Shown one piece after another: positions 14,320-29,351 of a stretch of 64,000 nucleotides of DNA. A model generated the notes under the pieces. The model saw only the letters and a list, made by a program, of their open reading frames with translations. It was not told the DNA's origin and ran no database searches. Positions within the stretch are counted from its first letter, which is position 1. The number at the start of each line of letters is the position of its first letter. The position numbers and the translations under genes were made by a program. This DNA comes from Octopus vulgaris (taxonomy: Eukaryota): contig OX597817.1 of NCBI GenBank assembly GCA_951406725.2, positions 77,562,001-77,626,000 on the forward strand, written 5' to 3'.

Positions 14320-14455
14320 GACACTGAATTATGTATTCTGCTTAAGTTAAAATGTAAACAATACGGGATGATCACAGTTAGGACGTGTTTGATTATTGGT
14401 ACTGTTCGATCAGGCCTGACCCGGGGCTAAATAACACAACAACAACAACAACAAC
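14240..14455 (-). repeat. Unclassified interspersed repeat (family E)
   Basis: tgttagaaataacagccaaat...gatcaggcctgacccggggctaaataacac; related pieces at 14120-14195, 22110-22150, 33830-33990, 44803-44880, 46075-46140, 55340-55390, 56845-56897 and 59433-59470. Confidence 0.6.
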
Positions 14456-14499
14456 AAGAGCATTGAGTGAGGTGAAAGTGAAACTTTTTATGAAAATAA

Positions 14500-14950
14500 C
14501 CATGAAAGAAAAAAATAAGAATAAAAATAAAAAAAATTTTAAAAAAAGCGAGTAAACAAAGAAAGGTGAAGAAGATAACGAATGGAAGGAAGGAAGGAAA
14601 GAAAGAAGTAAGGAAAATAATGGAGAATGAATGGACAGAAGGATAGAAGAAGCGGAAAGAAGGAAAGAAAGAAAGAAAGAAAGGAAGGAAGAGAGAGAGA
14701 GAGAGAAAAAGAAAAAGAACGGAGAAAGAGAAAGTGAAAGAAAGAAAGAATGAAAGGAATCGGAAAGTAGATATGAAAACATTTAAGTGGAAGAAGAAGA
14801 AGAAGAAGAAGAAGAAGAAGAAGAAGAAGAAGATGAAGAAGAAGAAGAAGAAGAAGAGGGAGGAGGAGGAATAGGAGTAAAGAATAAGAGGAAAGAAGAC
14901 AAAAGGAGGATGAGGATGAGAAGAAGAAGAAGAAGAAGAAGAAGAAGAAG

Positions 14951-14985
<35 letters not shown>

Positions 14986-15248
14986 GCAGAAGCAGAAGAA
15001 CAAGACGACGACGACGACAAAGAAGAAGAAGAAGAAGAAGAAGGAGAAGAAGACGACGACGACAAAGAAGAAGAAGGAGAAGAAGACGACGACAACAAAG
15101 AAGAAGAAGGAGAAGAAGAAGAAGAAGAAGAAGAAGAAGAAGAAGAAGAACAACAACAACAACAACAACAACAGCAACAACGAAAACAACATCAACGAAA
15201 CAACAGCAGCGATAATAAGAACAAGAACAACAGCAATAACAACAACAA
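14500..15248. repeat. Purine-rich (GAA)n/(CAA)n/(GAAA)n low-complexity tract
   Basis: Direct reading. Confidence 0.9.
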
Positions 15249-15577
15249 TGCCAAGATGTCGAAATTCTTTACATAGTTCCGAAGCAGCGAATTAGTAGCG
15301 GTAAAGTTATGTGGTCTTGCTGTGATGCTCACGGTTTTCTTACTTGGTTAAACATCAATGTTGAGAGACAGGCGAAGATCACTTATGCTGATAAGCAGGT
15401 TTGTCTTGCCAGGGGAAAGGTTAGCGGTTCGTATCCTGTTGTAAGCTTGCTGCTTATATATATATATATATATACGTTTCTAACAAACGTACAATGCATA
15501 CACACACGCATACATGCATATACGTACAAAGATACATGCATTGCTTTCATATACACTCGAACGCACGCACACGTATA

Positions 15578-15579
<2 letters not shown>

Positions 15580-15615
<36 letters not shown>

Positions 15616-16023
15616 CATATATATATATGTGCGTGTGTGTGTGAAAAAAAAAATATATATATGAATATATTAATATATATACATATATATATGTGTGTGA
15701 ATATATATATATACATATATATATATATGAATAATATAAATAATTCATGTATATACATGTACATATAAATTATATACACATATATGGTATAGATATAAAA
15801 CTATATATCGATAAATATATATACGTATGCAAATTATATGTGCATATATGTTTATATCCTTCATACATACACATATATAGATTGTGCATGTATGTATGTA
15901 CATTATATATATATATATATATTTATGTATATATATCGTATACATATAGAGTATATATATATATATATATATATATACATACATATATATATATACATAT
16001 ATGTACATATATATATATGTATA

Positions 16024-16068
<45 letters not shown>

Positions 16069-16244
16069 ATACATATATATATATATACATATATATACAT
16101 ATATACATATACATATATACATATACATATATACATATACATATATATATACACACACATATATATAGGTACATATACATATATATATACATATACATGT
16201 ATGTATATGTATACATTAATATATATATACATATATATATGCAT

Positions 16245-16278
<34 letters not shown>

Positions 16279-16431
16279 ATACATATACATACATATATAT
16301 ATATACATATACATCCATATATATATATACATATACATACATATATATATACATATACATACATATATATATACATATACATACATATACATATATATAC
16401 TTATACAAACATACATATATATATATATATT

Positions 16432-16481
<50 letters not shown>

Positions 16482-16610
16482 CGTACATATATATATACAT
16501 TCACATACATTTGCTATATATATATATATATATACATGCACATATATGTATATACATACACACACAGACACACACACATACACACACACGCACTCACACA
16601 CACAGATACA
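15580..16610. repeat. Degenerate (TA)n/(TACA)n tract of about 1 kb
   Basis: Direct reading. Confidence 0.95.
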
Positions 16611-16934
16611 CACGGATAAATAAATGTAATTGAGAAAAAATGAGATCGCTTTCCTGAACCCTGTTGAAGGAGAAAAATGGCATTGGTTTATTGACTCACT
16701 GCAATAATCGCTTTGATACTCTTCTGGATCACCACCTAACAGATGACACTAGATGTCCCTGAAAGGTACTAAGGCATATCACGGAATATAGAAGACAGAC
16801 CATCCGCGAATCCGAACAAATGTGCATACATACATACAGTGTGTGTATGTGCATAAATATGTTTCTGCAAAATTAGATATACACTACACACACACACACA
16901 CACACGTATACATACACACATAGATAGATACATA

Positions 16935-17052
<118 letters not shown>

Positions 17053-17729
17053 TACCTGGGCAAACTTGTTGAAGGGCTACAGAAAAGCCACCCTTCTTGA
17101 ATGGGCCATGATACCTTCTTAAATGGGCCATGATAGGTGGTGCTATTAAGTTTGATATGGCCAGAACCAGTCGTTTTGGTCGAAACATATTTAAGTTTAT
17201 CTAAGTTTTAAGTTTATATATATAATTTTGGTAACTGAGTATATATTACGCAAAAGTTTCGATTCCAATTCTAACCGAAGGCTGCATTTTAAACCTGTAA
17301 GATGACATCTAAATAGCTTCACCTAGGTGGGTCCGGCTCCCTTACAATATCAGAAATTAACGGGCCAGAACATTGGTTTGACAGGAATTCTTCCTCTGAA
17401 GATTCTCCTGTTCTCTGTTGGCCCCGTTGCGTGTTTCCACTTGATTTTTCAAACCAGGACTATGATTTGTCAGCGACAAAATTAACCTGAAAAATTAAGC
17501 CTATTCGATAGTACTCTATCCCTATCTCTCATTAAGTTAAGGGCTCCATTGTTCAGATTGACCTCCGAAGGGACTGCAGATATAAAATTTAACTGGGTTT
17601 TCTTGCATTGCTTCATAACGGCTCTATGACTGGATTCTATTTAAACAACCGATACATGGTGATCTCAACCAAAACTGGGCCTCATCAACCTCATTCCAGT
17701 TATGGAAAACATATGTTTTCTCATCCTGG

Positions 17730-17812
<83 letters not shown>

Positions 17813-17959
17813 CACACATACATACAGAGATACATAATATATATATATATATATATATAGGCTGGTATTTTGAATGCTTTTAATACGTGAAGTGCATTAC
17901 ATCAAAGGGTACTACACGTGTGCGCACACACACACGTATGTATGTATGTGTATAGAGCG

Positions 17960-18007
<48 letters not shown>

Positions 18008-18224
18008 GGATAATGTGAGAGAGGATGTGCCATTAGAATGGTGTGGATTTAGACAACAGTACTCAAGTATTTTTTTAGGCTTATTTTAAAACAAATTAAG
18101 GATTAAAATCCCTACACAGAACAAAGTTTTCGCAATTTATTTGTTTCTCTCAACTTTTGCTTCTGTCTGATTGCAAGAGACCTTAATGTATAAATTGGGC
18201 GTAACGCGTATTTCTAAAGTGAGA

Positions 18225-18271
<47 letters not shown>

Positions 18272-18545
18272 GAAATATGTTACGAAAAGAAAATATAAAA
18301 TACACGTGGAAATGTAAGGGTAAAATATGAAAAATCAACGAAAATGCATATTGCAAATAGAAAAAGGCTATTTATGACAGGTAACGACAAATATATACAT
18401 TTAGATTGACTGAGGTAGTAATACGAGTCATAAAAGTCATTATTATGAGATGATTATAAGATGATAATAAAGTAAGAGAACAAAACGAACCAATAGTTTA
18501 CGCAAAGCTATTCATCGTTTGAACAACACCGGTTAATACTATATC

Positions 18546-18578
<33 letters not shown>

Positions 18579-18644
18579 ATATAATATAATATAATATAAT
18601 ATAATATAATATAATATAATATGATATAATGTAAAAGACACTGT

Positions 18645-18960
18645 TGCTCTGTCTGATACAACGACAAGGGTTCCAGTTGATCCGACCAACGGAACAGCCT
18701 TTTTGTGAAATCAATGTGTAAGTGGGCGAGTACTCCACAAGCATATGTTTCGTCAATGTAGTTCTCAAGAAGACCCAGCGTGATATAGAATGTGACAATG
18801 CTGGCCCTTTGAAATATAGTTACAACTCGTTTTTTCTAGCGGAGTGGAGTGGCGCAACGGGAAATAAAGTGTCTTGCTCAAGGACGCAACGCGCCGCCAG
18901 GAATCGAACGCACGATCTTACGATCGTAAGCCCATTTACCCTAACCACTAAGCACGCACC
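18645..18960 (-). mobile_element. tRNA/CORE-like SINE with a different 3' half (family D)
   Basis: Head and gtccttgagcaagacacttt region homologous to 5570-5714, followed by an unrelated ~170 bp body. Confidence 0.7.
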
Positions 18961-19609
18961 CTTGATGTTTGTACCTAGAAGCATACGTGTCTAATGCAAA
19001 GTAAATTGAAATGGCCACGACTGGTTAATGACGTCACACTCTTCTTGTTGGACAAAAACAGTGGCGGCTCTTAGATAAAATTAGTGGAGGTGTTACTTCA
19101 GAAAATGTTTAGCCGTTGTTTTAATTTTGTGTAAAAGGAAACAAACATATAAAAAGAAAATTTACACATAAACTTGATCGGTTCGCGTTTTAGCCACTGC
19201 CGAGTAGTGTGTTTAATTTGTTCACTGACACTGCCGCGAATTCCCCCTTGTTTTTCAAGAATCCCCTCTAAATCACCCAATAAGGCGGGGAAATGTGCCC
19301 TATGTTTCCAATCCTGGCGACCACACTGAAGCTGGAAGCAGGGTAATAATCTAATTCTACACTTTATTACATTCAAGATTATAAACCCGTTTTTAAGCAC
19401 AACACAAGCGGAGTCAAAAAGAGACACTACCTTTCACCAGAACACCGATGCCTGCACTGTCGATCATGCAGTGCTCTCTCTCCCTAGCGTGAAGCTTCTT
19501 ATCTCGGGTATGTGAGCATGCGCACAACAGCAAAACACTGCGTTATTGGAACTGTGAAGAGCACAGTTCTGTACAAGGATTTTTGCTTTGTTGTTTTGTA
19601 TTTTTTTCA

Positions 19610-19892
19610 ATGTCCTGTAAATGGATTTAGTAGACGGAAATTGAAAGAAGCCTGAGTGTATGTGTGTGTGTGGTTGTGTGTCTTTGTGTTTGTGTCTCAA
19701 TTACTTCTTGACAACCGGTATTGGTTATTTTACGTCCCCGTGACTAAGCAGTTCGGCATAAGTGACTCGTACACTAGGTACCAGATTTTAAAAAAAAAGT
19801 AAAACGAAAAAATAAAACGTCTTTGGCTTGATTTATTCAACTGAACCCTTCAAAACGGTTCTCCAGTACGGTCGCAGTCCAATGACCGAAAC
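19610..19892 (+). mobile_element. Family A SINE, 5'-truncated
   Basis: tagacggaaattgaaagaagcc...tacgtccccgt...cgcagtccaatgaccgaaac. Confidence 0.75.
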
Positions 19893-21179
19893 CAGCTGTG
19901 TTTTGTCAGCAAAGAATGTTACGTAGTTAGTTGTCCAAACAATCCCATTATGATAACTAAATCTTCCCTTATAATAAAGCTCACACCAACAAAAGCAACA
20001 ACAATAATTTTTTCAATATTTCCATATAGATTCAGAAGAAAGATGCAAAGAAAGCTCCAATGAGTCATTTCAATGCCATTGCAAAATCTCTCTCTCTCTC
20101 TCTCTCTCTTAATTCGCTCCCGACAGTTTTTAAAAGGGAGGACGTTTTTAAGATGGAGGATGTGAACAGAGTCCCGTGACTGCTGAAAACTGCAAGTAAA
20201 TCACTGCTGACTAACGTCTAATATTCTGTAAAATTTGTAAAATAACGTGCTAATTTGATTGCTTACCGTTGTGACAGTTAATAATAACCTACATACGATA
20301 TATATTTCCCCGTAGATTTCAACTACCTACCCAAACTCGTGATATTTAATGCATAATTAATCAATTAATTAAAGATAAGTTGATTTATAAATTAACCCAG
20401 CTACTAACAAAAAGCACTATTTATGCAAATCAGTTTTTCGATTTAGTGGGGCCCACATTCACACATACAAATATATGCATATATGTACGCGTACACACAA
20501 ATATAAACATATGCATATACACGGATATACATATACATGCATATGCATACATATATACATGCACACACACACACATATATTATATATACATACATATACA
20601 TGAGTATAGTCATATATACATGTAAAGTACTGTTCGCCCGACGATATTATCTGCAACAATTGTATTCAATTCAATAAGAAATAATGTCATTTAATGAATA
20701 TTTGATCCTGAATGACTGTCGAGTCGTGCACAGTATCCGAGCATGAAACTTGAAGTAGCTGACGTATAACGTATAACATATGGTCGTAGGGGTGACTGCA
20801 AATGGGACAAATCCGATACGGCTGCACCATTTCTTTGATTGCAATGGAACTACCGCTCTACTCCATTACCACCTTGGAAAATAAACAGTTAAATAACAAC
20901 AACAATAAGAATAGAAACAGCAGCAACAAAGTGAGTCAACTTTACTGACCTTCGCTGTGTTCACTGTAGATTACATAGCTAACAACGGAAACACTGTAGA
21001 GTCACTTGAATAACTGGATACATACAGCAACCAGCCAAATTCTCCCGAAACATACTTACATATGTATGTGTATATGTCTACTTTCCCATTCATTTATATA
21101 TATATATCTATCTATCTATATACAAACATACACGCCCATATATACACACATATTTAATATATATATATATATATATATA

Positions 21180-21542
21180 GGCGCAGGAGTGGATGTGTAG
21201 TAAGTAGCTTGCTTACCAACCACATGGTTCCGGGTTCAGTCCCACTGCGTGGCACCTTGGGCAAGTGTCTTCTACTGTAGCCTCGGGCCGACCAAAGCCT
21301 TGCGAGTGGATTTGGTAGACGGAAACTGAAAGAAGCCCATATATATATTTGTGTCTGTGCTTGTTCTCCCAGCATCACTGGTGTGTTTACGTCCCCGTAA
21401 CTTAGCGGTTCGGCAAGAAAGACCGATAGAATAAGTACTAGGCTTACAAAGAATAAGTTCTGGGGTCGATTTGCTCGACTAAAGGCGGTGCTCCAGCATG
21501 GCTCAATCAAATGACTGAAACAGATAAAAGAAAGTAAAAGAA
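21180..21542 (+). mobile_element. Family A SINE, near full length and young
   Basis: High identity to the 13155-13651 copy along its length. Confidence 0.9.
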
Positions 21543-21974
21543 ATATATATATGCTTGATTAAGGCTAGCCCGGGGTTATACCTCACCCCGGTGTGATTCG
21601 ATCACGCGTTGTAACAAGGTGGGAGATAATATAAATACTTACTACAATCTATTTAAAACCCGGTACCAGATTATCGCGGGCTGTTTGTACGAATAGTAGC
21701 GGTGGTGGTGGTAGTGGCGGTAGTAGTAGTAGTAGTAGTAGTAGTAGTAATTGTTTTTGTTGTTGTTATTTATGAACCCTAATCGAACGAGACACATCTT
21801 GTCTATCGTCTTTTATTTCTTCAAGGACAACCATCTCGAGGACTACCTTATCCAGTATGTCCGCAGAGTAGAAAGCTGTTGTGACCATCTCACCTGAAAA
21901 TGCCGTTGGTTCAATGATACAAACTTTTTTGTTTTATAATGATGTAAATCAAATATTTTCCAACAATGCTTCTC

Positions 21975-22105
21975 GTCAATTTATGTTGCAAACACCAGTT
22001 CAAGAACAACAAAGTTATTTTATTAATTATTGTCTTTTTTTAAAATATACTTAATTGAAACAAAGACAGTGTATTTCAACATAAATTTGGTCATCAAAAT
22101 GGTTA
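21975..22105. mobile_element. Possible piggyBac-type MITE end
   Basis: Ends in aaaatggttaa, resembling the aagggTTAA terminus; the other terminus was not found. Confidence 0.3.
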
Positions 22106-22799
22106 AAAGAGAGATTTTGCTTGTTATTTCTAGCAGGTCGAGCGGTTATGTAAAGCACTAGTTTCCAGTATTTCTTTAAACACTTCATTCTATCTTCCTT
22201 TTCTGGTTAAGTTTTGCAACACCAGTAGCATTGTAATGATTTCTCAGAGCTCAGGGCCAACGATAATTTCAGCTCCCCGACTTAATCAACACGCAAGAAG
22301 AATCAAAAACTATTTTGCGCCTTTTACATATCTGGGACTAGTGGTGAGGGCTTACACCTTCCGCCATCTTTTTTGCTAAGTACTACGTGATCGTGCTATC
22401 CCGATTGGCATTGTTTTTTATTCATTGTATCATTATTTAAAATTAAAACAACCTTGCGGTACCCTTAACTGTTGTCTGTGATACCCTACGGTGTAACAAC
22501 ACCTTATTTGATAACCATTAATGCTGAGGCCGCCTGTTAGTGATCGAATAGCCATGAAAGGTGTGCTGCGGTTCCGCAGTGCCTAAACACGAGTCGCCAC
22601 TGGACACAAATGACAATAACTAAAGCTAATAATAAGTTATGGGGCGCGGACGACGCTGCGTGATAAGAAGTTTGCTCCCTAATCACTCAGTCCTTCGCTG
22701 CATTATTCTCTGGGTTCAAATCATCAATCTTGATTTCCAGTTGCTGACATAGTACCTACAAGTTAAACAGGAGCCCTCGTAAAGAATTACCATTATCAC

Positions 22800-22859
<60 letters not shown>

Positions 22860-22919
22860 GGTGCAAAAGATCTCTGTCGTGGACTCACCTTCCTTTCCAA
22901 CGAATGCAAGTTTTTCAAT

Positions 22920-23316
22920 ATCTTTTATATTTTACTTGTTTCAGACCATTAGGCTGCATGCGGTCATGTTGGGGCACTGCTTTGAAGAATTTTAATCGAA
23001 TAAATCAATCATCTCACTACTTATTTTCTTTTTAATTCAGGTACTTATTCTGTCAGTCTTTGTTGCCGAACCGCTAAGTTACGAGGACCTAAATACATCA
23101 ACACCAGTTGTCAAGCTGTAATGGGTCACACCCACACACGTATATATATATATACACACGAGACGGACTTCTTTCAGTTTCCGTTTACGAAATCCACTGA
23201 CAAGGCTTTGGTCGGCCTGAAGCTATAGTAGAAGACATTTGCCCCAAGGTGCCACGCAATGGGCCTGAACCCGGAACCATGTGGTTGGGAAGCAAGCTTC
23301 TTACCACGCAGCCACT
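22920..23316 (-). mobile_element. Family A SINE
   Basis: gccgaaccgctaagttacg...ctttcagtttccgt...gaacccggaaccatgtggttggg. Confidence 0.85.
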
Positions 23317-23669
23317 AAGAAGCATTTCTTTTATTTTTCATTTTTCTTTCTTTTTTTTATTTTATTTTGAACTCCACGGAATTCCCAGACCTCTGTGTAT
23401 TACGCTCAGCTAATAGGAACTGTGGTCTCAGCTACTGAGGCTAGCAAAATGAGTTGGACGTCCATCGGTCCCTGAAAAATGCCGTTCATAATCTTCTGCT
23501 GCCAAAATCAAAAATCGATACATTTTTATTGAATTTTAATGTAATAAAGAAGTAAGAGTAATCAACAGTAAATAACATGAATCGTTGAAAAGATTTTCTT
23601 TTGATTTGGCCGAAAAAAGAAACGACACGATCTACTTTTCTTTTGATTTATATATTAAAATTGGTTGTG

Positions 23670-23781
<112 letters not shown>

Positions 23782-23808
23782 TATATATATATATATTTAT
23801 ATATTTAC

Positions 23809-23887
<79 letters not shown>

Positions 23888-23996
23888 TATATACATATAT
23901 ATGTATGTATGTATGTATGCATATGTATGTATGTATATATATATAACAACCAATATATATTTATATAGATAGATATATTATAAATATACTACACAT

Positions 23997-24034
<38 letters not shown>

Positions 24035-24564
24035 GCACACATACATATTGTACAAATATGTACATAATTATACATACATACACACACACATATGTATGCA
24101 TATTAATACATACACACACATATTTATACATATAAGATGTATGTATATACATACCTATATGCACACACATATATGTTTATACACCCGTACAGACACACAC
24201 ATATTTATACATATGTGTGTATGCATATGCATACATATATACACACATGTATGTTTATACACCCGTACAGACACATACACATATATATATACATCTGTCG
24301 CTCTGAGGACAGAGCTTAGTTCACAACGTTGGTCTGGTGCTCCGAAACGATTAAAACCAAAGCTGATCTCAACGGGATTTGAACGTAAAGCGCAGCGAGC
24401 CGGAATGAATATTCACCCGACGCCTCTAACGACTCGGCTAAATTCACCTTGTAGAGACAGAGGCAAGAGTGAGATGATAAAATGATATTAGTTGAATGTA
24501 CCTCAGTGTATGACTGGTATTTATGTGATTAAGTGTAAAGAAATATAAAAGGTAAAATCAGCTG

Positions 24565-25065
24565 GGCGCAGGCATAGCTGTATGGTAAGAAGTTTGCGTC
24601 TTAACCACATAGTTTCGGGTTCATCCCCACGGGCACCTTCGGCAAATGTCTTCTATAGTCCCGGGCCGAACAAAGCCTTGTGAGTGGATTTATTGGACAT
24701 GTGTGTATGTATGTATGTATGCATGCATGTATGTATGTATGCATGTATGTATTTATATATATATATACGTATATATATATGTGTGTGTGTATATACATGT
24801 GTATATGTGTATACATGTGTGTGTTTATATGTGTATGTGTGTGTGTGTCTTTATGCTTTTGTCTGTCTCGACCCATGTATTGCCAACCGGTGGTGGGGGT
24901 TTGTTTACATCCTAGTAATCCAGCGGTTCGATAAACTGTGTAGATAGAATAAGTACCATACTTTAAACAAAAATATACTAGTACTGGGGTCGATTTGTTC
25001 GACTAAAAACCTTCAAGTCAGTGCCCCAGCATGGCCGCAGTCCAATGACTGAAACAAGTAAAAAT
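24565..25065 (+). mobile_element. Family A SINE, full length
   Basis: Head, CORE-like segment, internal microsatellite and 3' end all present. Confidence 0.85.
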
Positions 25066-25284
25066 AAAAAAAAAAAAAAACATAAGATAACCCTAGCAGG
25101 ACATGAATTCTGAAATTAAATGGGACATATGTCAAAAAAAAAAAAAAAATTGTGCTTTCATATCCGTCACGCCTTTGCATTTTGAAATAATAGCTTAAGT
25201 CAGTCATGGGAAACGAACCACGGCTCTCTTGCATACCAGACAAATGAGCTAAGTGTATGACAGTCACTGTGACTACAGAAATAA

Positions 25285-26990
25285 TAATCTTTTCTACTCT
25301 AAGCACAAGGCCCGAAATTTCTGAGGAAGGGGGTGGGGGTGGGGGTGGGGGCTGTCGATAAGATCGACCCCAGTACGCAACTGGTACTTAATTTATCGAC
25401 ACCGAAAGGATGAAAGACAAAATCGAACAACTATAGAAATAATAATGCTATCAAATTTTGGTACAAAGCCAGTAATTTTGGGGCAGTGGTAAGTCGATTA
25501 CATGGACCCCAGTGCCTAACAGGTACTTATTTTATCGACTCAGACAGGATAAAGGGCCAAATCGACCTCGGGACTATAACAACAACAGCAACGATAATAA
25601 TAATAATCCTTTCTACTATAGGCACAAGGGCTGAAGTTTGGTGGGGGAGGGGAGCTAGTCGATTAACTGGTATGCGTAACTGGTATTTACTTAATCGACC
25701 TGGAAAGGATGAAAGGCAAAGTGGACCTCGGCGGAATTTGAACTCAGAACATAGCAGCAGGCGAAACACCGCTATGCATTTCGCCCGGCGTGCTAACAAT
25801 TCTGCCAGCTCGCCGCTTAAGTAATAATAATAATAATAATAATAATAATCCTTTCTCTATAGGCATAAGGCTTGAAATTGTGAAGAAATTGTGAGTTGAT
25901 TACATCGATCCCAGTGTTCAATTAGTACTTATCGACCCCGAAAAAGATCTAAAGCAAAGTCGACCTCGACAAAATTTGAACACAGAACATAGAGACGGAT
26001 AAAATGCCGCTCAGCATTTCTCCCCTGTGCTAACGATCCTGCTAGCTCTCCGCCTTTGTACCTATATGTAATAACAATAATAATTCTTTCTAATTTTGGC
26101 ACAAGGACAGCAATTTTAGTGGGAAGGGGTAGGCCAATGACATCAACCCCAGTACTTGAGACTGGTCCTTTAATTTTGTTTTATCTGCCTTGAAAGGATA
26201 AAAGAAGTACCTGACCTGAGTGAGATTTGAACTCAGAACATAAAGAGCCGGAAGAAATGCTGCAGAGCATTTTGTCCGACGTGCCGAAGTTTCTGCCAAC
26301 CCGCCATCTACCCCCTCTCATGGATCTTTTTCTTGACGGGTACTTTATTTTATCGACCCTGGAAAGATGGGAAAGCTAATCTGACCTCGGCAGGATTTGA
26401 ACTCAGAACGGCAAGAACTAGAAGTAATAGCAACAAAGCATTTTGTCTGACGCTCTTAACAATTGCGCCAATCTACCGCCAGTCTTCAACCCTGCTTTTG
26501 ACTGTTACTTTTTATCGACCCACCCCAGAAAGAACATTGGCAAAGTTGACCATGGTGAAATCTGAACTCAGATCGTAGAATAACGCAACTATAAACCGCA
26601 AAGGATTCTTTTAACATAGCCATAAGGAGTGAAATTTTGGGTTTAGTCGATTAAATTATCCTCAGTAAATGACTGGTACTTATGATATCGACCCCGGAAT
26701 GATAAAAAGCATAGATGACCTCGGCAGAATTTGAACTCTGAACGTAAAATAGAGCAACTATATACTGCAAAAGACATTGAAAACATAGCCACAAATTTTG
26801 GGAGAGAGGGTTTAGTTGGTTAAATTCTCCCCAATAAATGATTGGTACTTTTTTTTTATCGACCCCAGAAGGATATAAGGTAAAGTTCACCCCAGCAGAA
26901 CGTGGACTCAGTGAATTAAAGACCTGAAACAAATATTGTTCTGCATTTATCTGGCATTCTCAGTATTCGGCTAATTACCCGCTCGTCCTT
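25285..26990 (-). mobile_element. Array of about 9 co-oriented Meta-domain SINE (family B) copies
   Basis: Recurrent ggtactt..tttatcgacccc.aaaggatgaa...gacctcg...atttgaactcagaac every ~150-250 bp, often separated by (TAA)n. Confidence 0.85.
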
Positions 26991-27801
26991 TATCTAACTG
27001 ACAAGGGCAATTACAAACAAGTTCATTCATACGTATTATAACATGAAATCCTTAAAAACTGGGATAAGAGAAAGTTTACAATAAAGAAGTATTTAAGTAA
27101 TAATAAAAAGTAAAGTGTTGGGGTATGTACGTACGTACTTATGTGTGTATATGTATCTATGTATTATGTAGTTATGTATATATATAGAATTTTGTGTTTA
27201 TATGCATGCATGTACCTATGTACGTGTAGATGTTTCTATGAGTATATGTATGCAAGTGTGTACGTATGTTTTTTTTTTTTTATTGACCTTGGGAGGATAA
27301 AAACAAACTTGACCTCGGTGGGATTTGAACTCGGGACTCAGAATATTAAATTCAAAATAAAACTCGCGGGAGATCCGATCTATCGCTTTGAAGAAATCGT
27401 GGGCAAACTTGGCACGCTTTTAACAAAAAAAAAATCGCCTTGAGTATTTTTAGTAGTGCGGCCCGCTTGGCGATCATCTGAGTTTTTTGCTTTAAGGAGT
27501 CCACCAATTCTAAAAGGCACATAAGTTGACATTAGACAGTTTGATCAATAAATCTAAATATTTCACTGTTATTTATTCTATTGACCGTGGGACGAATAAA
27601 CAACGAAGTTGAACCATTGCGATATTTGAAACCAAAATGTAAAGGAATTGAAAGCGTACATTAAACAGCAAAGCCATTGCGCCGCAAGCGATTTATTACA
27701 GAAAGGTTTGAAAGCGTCCGAGCTGAAGAGGTACACAGAACATAAAATAGAGTGAAGATTAGGTTAATAGACATAAAATGAAGGGCACCCATAGAAATAA
27801 G

Positions 27802-27890
<89 letters not shown>

Positions 27891-28070
27891 GGGTAGGTAG
27901 ATAGAAAAAGCGGTGTGATGTGTGAGTTGTGTTTGTTGTGTCTGTCTGTGTGTGTGTGTGTGCGTAGGATCTTTCGGAATTGCAGCAAAGGCATGCAAAT
28001 TGTTTGGAAATGCGTAAATATTTTGCGTGTGTGTGTGTATGTATGTATGTATCCACACACAAACACACAC

Positions 28071-28131
<61 letters not shown>

Positions 28132-28209
28132 CGCACATACATACGTCATATATGGATGTGATAAAACGTGACAAAACATTGTAGTTTATATAAATGTTTG
28201 ACCGAATAA

Positions 28210-28311
<102 letters not shown>

Positions 28312-28848
28312 TATACACACACACACACACATATATATATGCATGTATATATATACACACATACACATGACACTATATACATATATATATGTGTATGACA
28401 TTATATACATACACACACAGACATATAATGGTGAGGTGGTGGAGGGTATAAACAAGTCATCACTAGTTGTCCAGTGGCACAAGAGGGACACAAACAAGAA
28501 TACATACGCACACACATTCATATATAAACACACACACACACATATGCATGTATGTCTGTTTGTCTGTATGTATGTAGGTATGTATGCACGTATGAATGTA
28601 TGTATTATTTTTGGTGAGTTGGTGCAGGTTCATCTATTTTAAGAGCGAGGAAGCAAGAGTGTCTTATCGGTGTTTTGGGTCCTAGATAAAACTGTCTTGT
28701 ATGTTTGTTTGTACGAAACATATATTCGTATGTAATTCATGCATGCAAATCTATGAATACACTTGTGTGCGCGTGTGTGCGAGGGTATGTATACTCGCAA
28801 GCATATGTCTGGAGATAGATAGATAAACAGACAGATAAATAGACAGGC

Positions 28849-28947
<99 letters not shown>

Positions 28948-28960
28948 CAGACAGATAGAC

Positions 28961-29035
<75 letters not shown>

Positions 29036-29076
29036 AGGACAGATAGACAGACAGACAGACAAATGAATAGATAGGT

Positions 29077-29223
29077 CAATGGTTCCCATCCTGTGGTCTG
29101 CAATGGTAGTACTGGGGTTCGGTGAACATGTTAAGCTGACAGACTTTTCAATATCCTTAGGTCCGTGGGAAAACTCATTTAAATAAAAGGGGTCCTTGTT
29201 AGTGAAAAGGTTGGGAACCACTG
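29077..29223. mobile_element. hAT (Charlie-like) MITE inserted in (GATA)n
   Basis: TIRs caatggttcccatcct / aggttgggaaccactg; 8-bp TSD agataggt / agatagat. Confidence 0.8.
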
Positions 29224-29272
29224 AGATAGATGAACAGATAGATAGATAGACGGATAGATAGATAGATAGATG

Positions 29273-29351
<79 letters not shown>

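Noticed and set aside
17200-17730. Unique-looking complex sequence checked for an exon
   Set aside because: No sustained reading frame or recognisable protein motif on either strand.
18411-18420. tgaggtagta, identical to the first 10 nt of let-7
   Set aside because: The rest of the mature sequence and a precursor hairpin are absent.
20700-20890. Minus-strand splice acceptor-like ctgtttattttccaag followed by unique sequence
   Set aside because: All three frames stop within 8 codons and no upstream exon was found; a terminal or non-coding exon cannot be supported.
25285-26990. CRISPR-like repeat-spacer appearance
   Set aside because: Units are ~200-bp diverged SINE copies in eukaryotic DNA, with no constant short repeat or cas genes.
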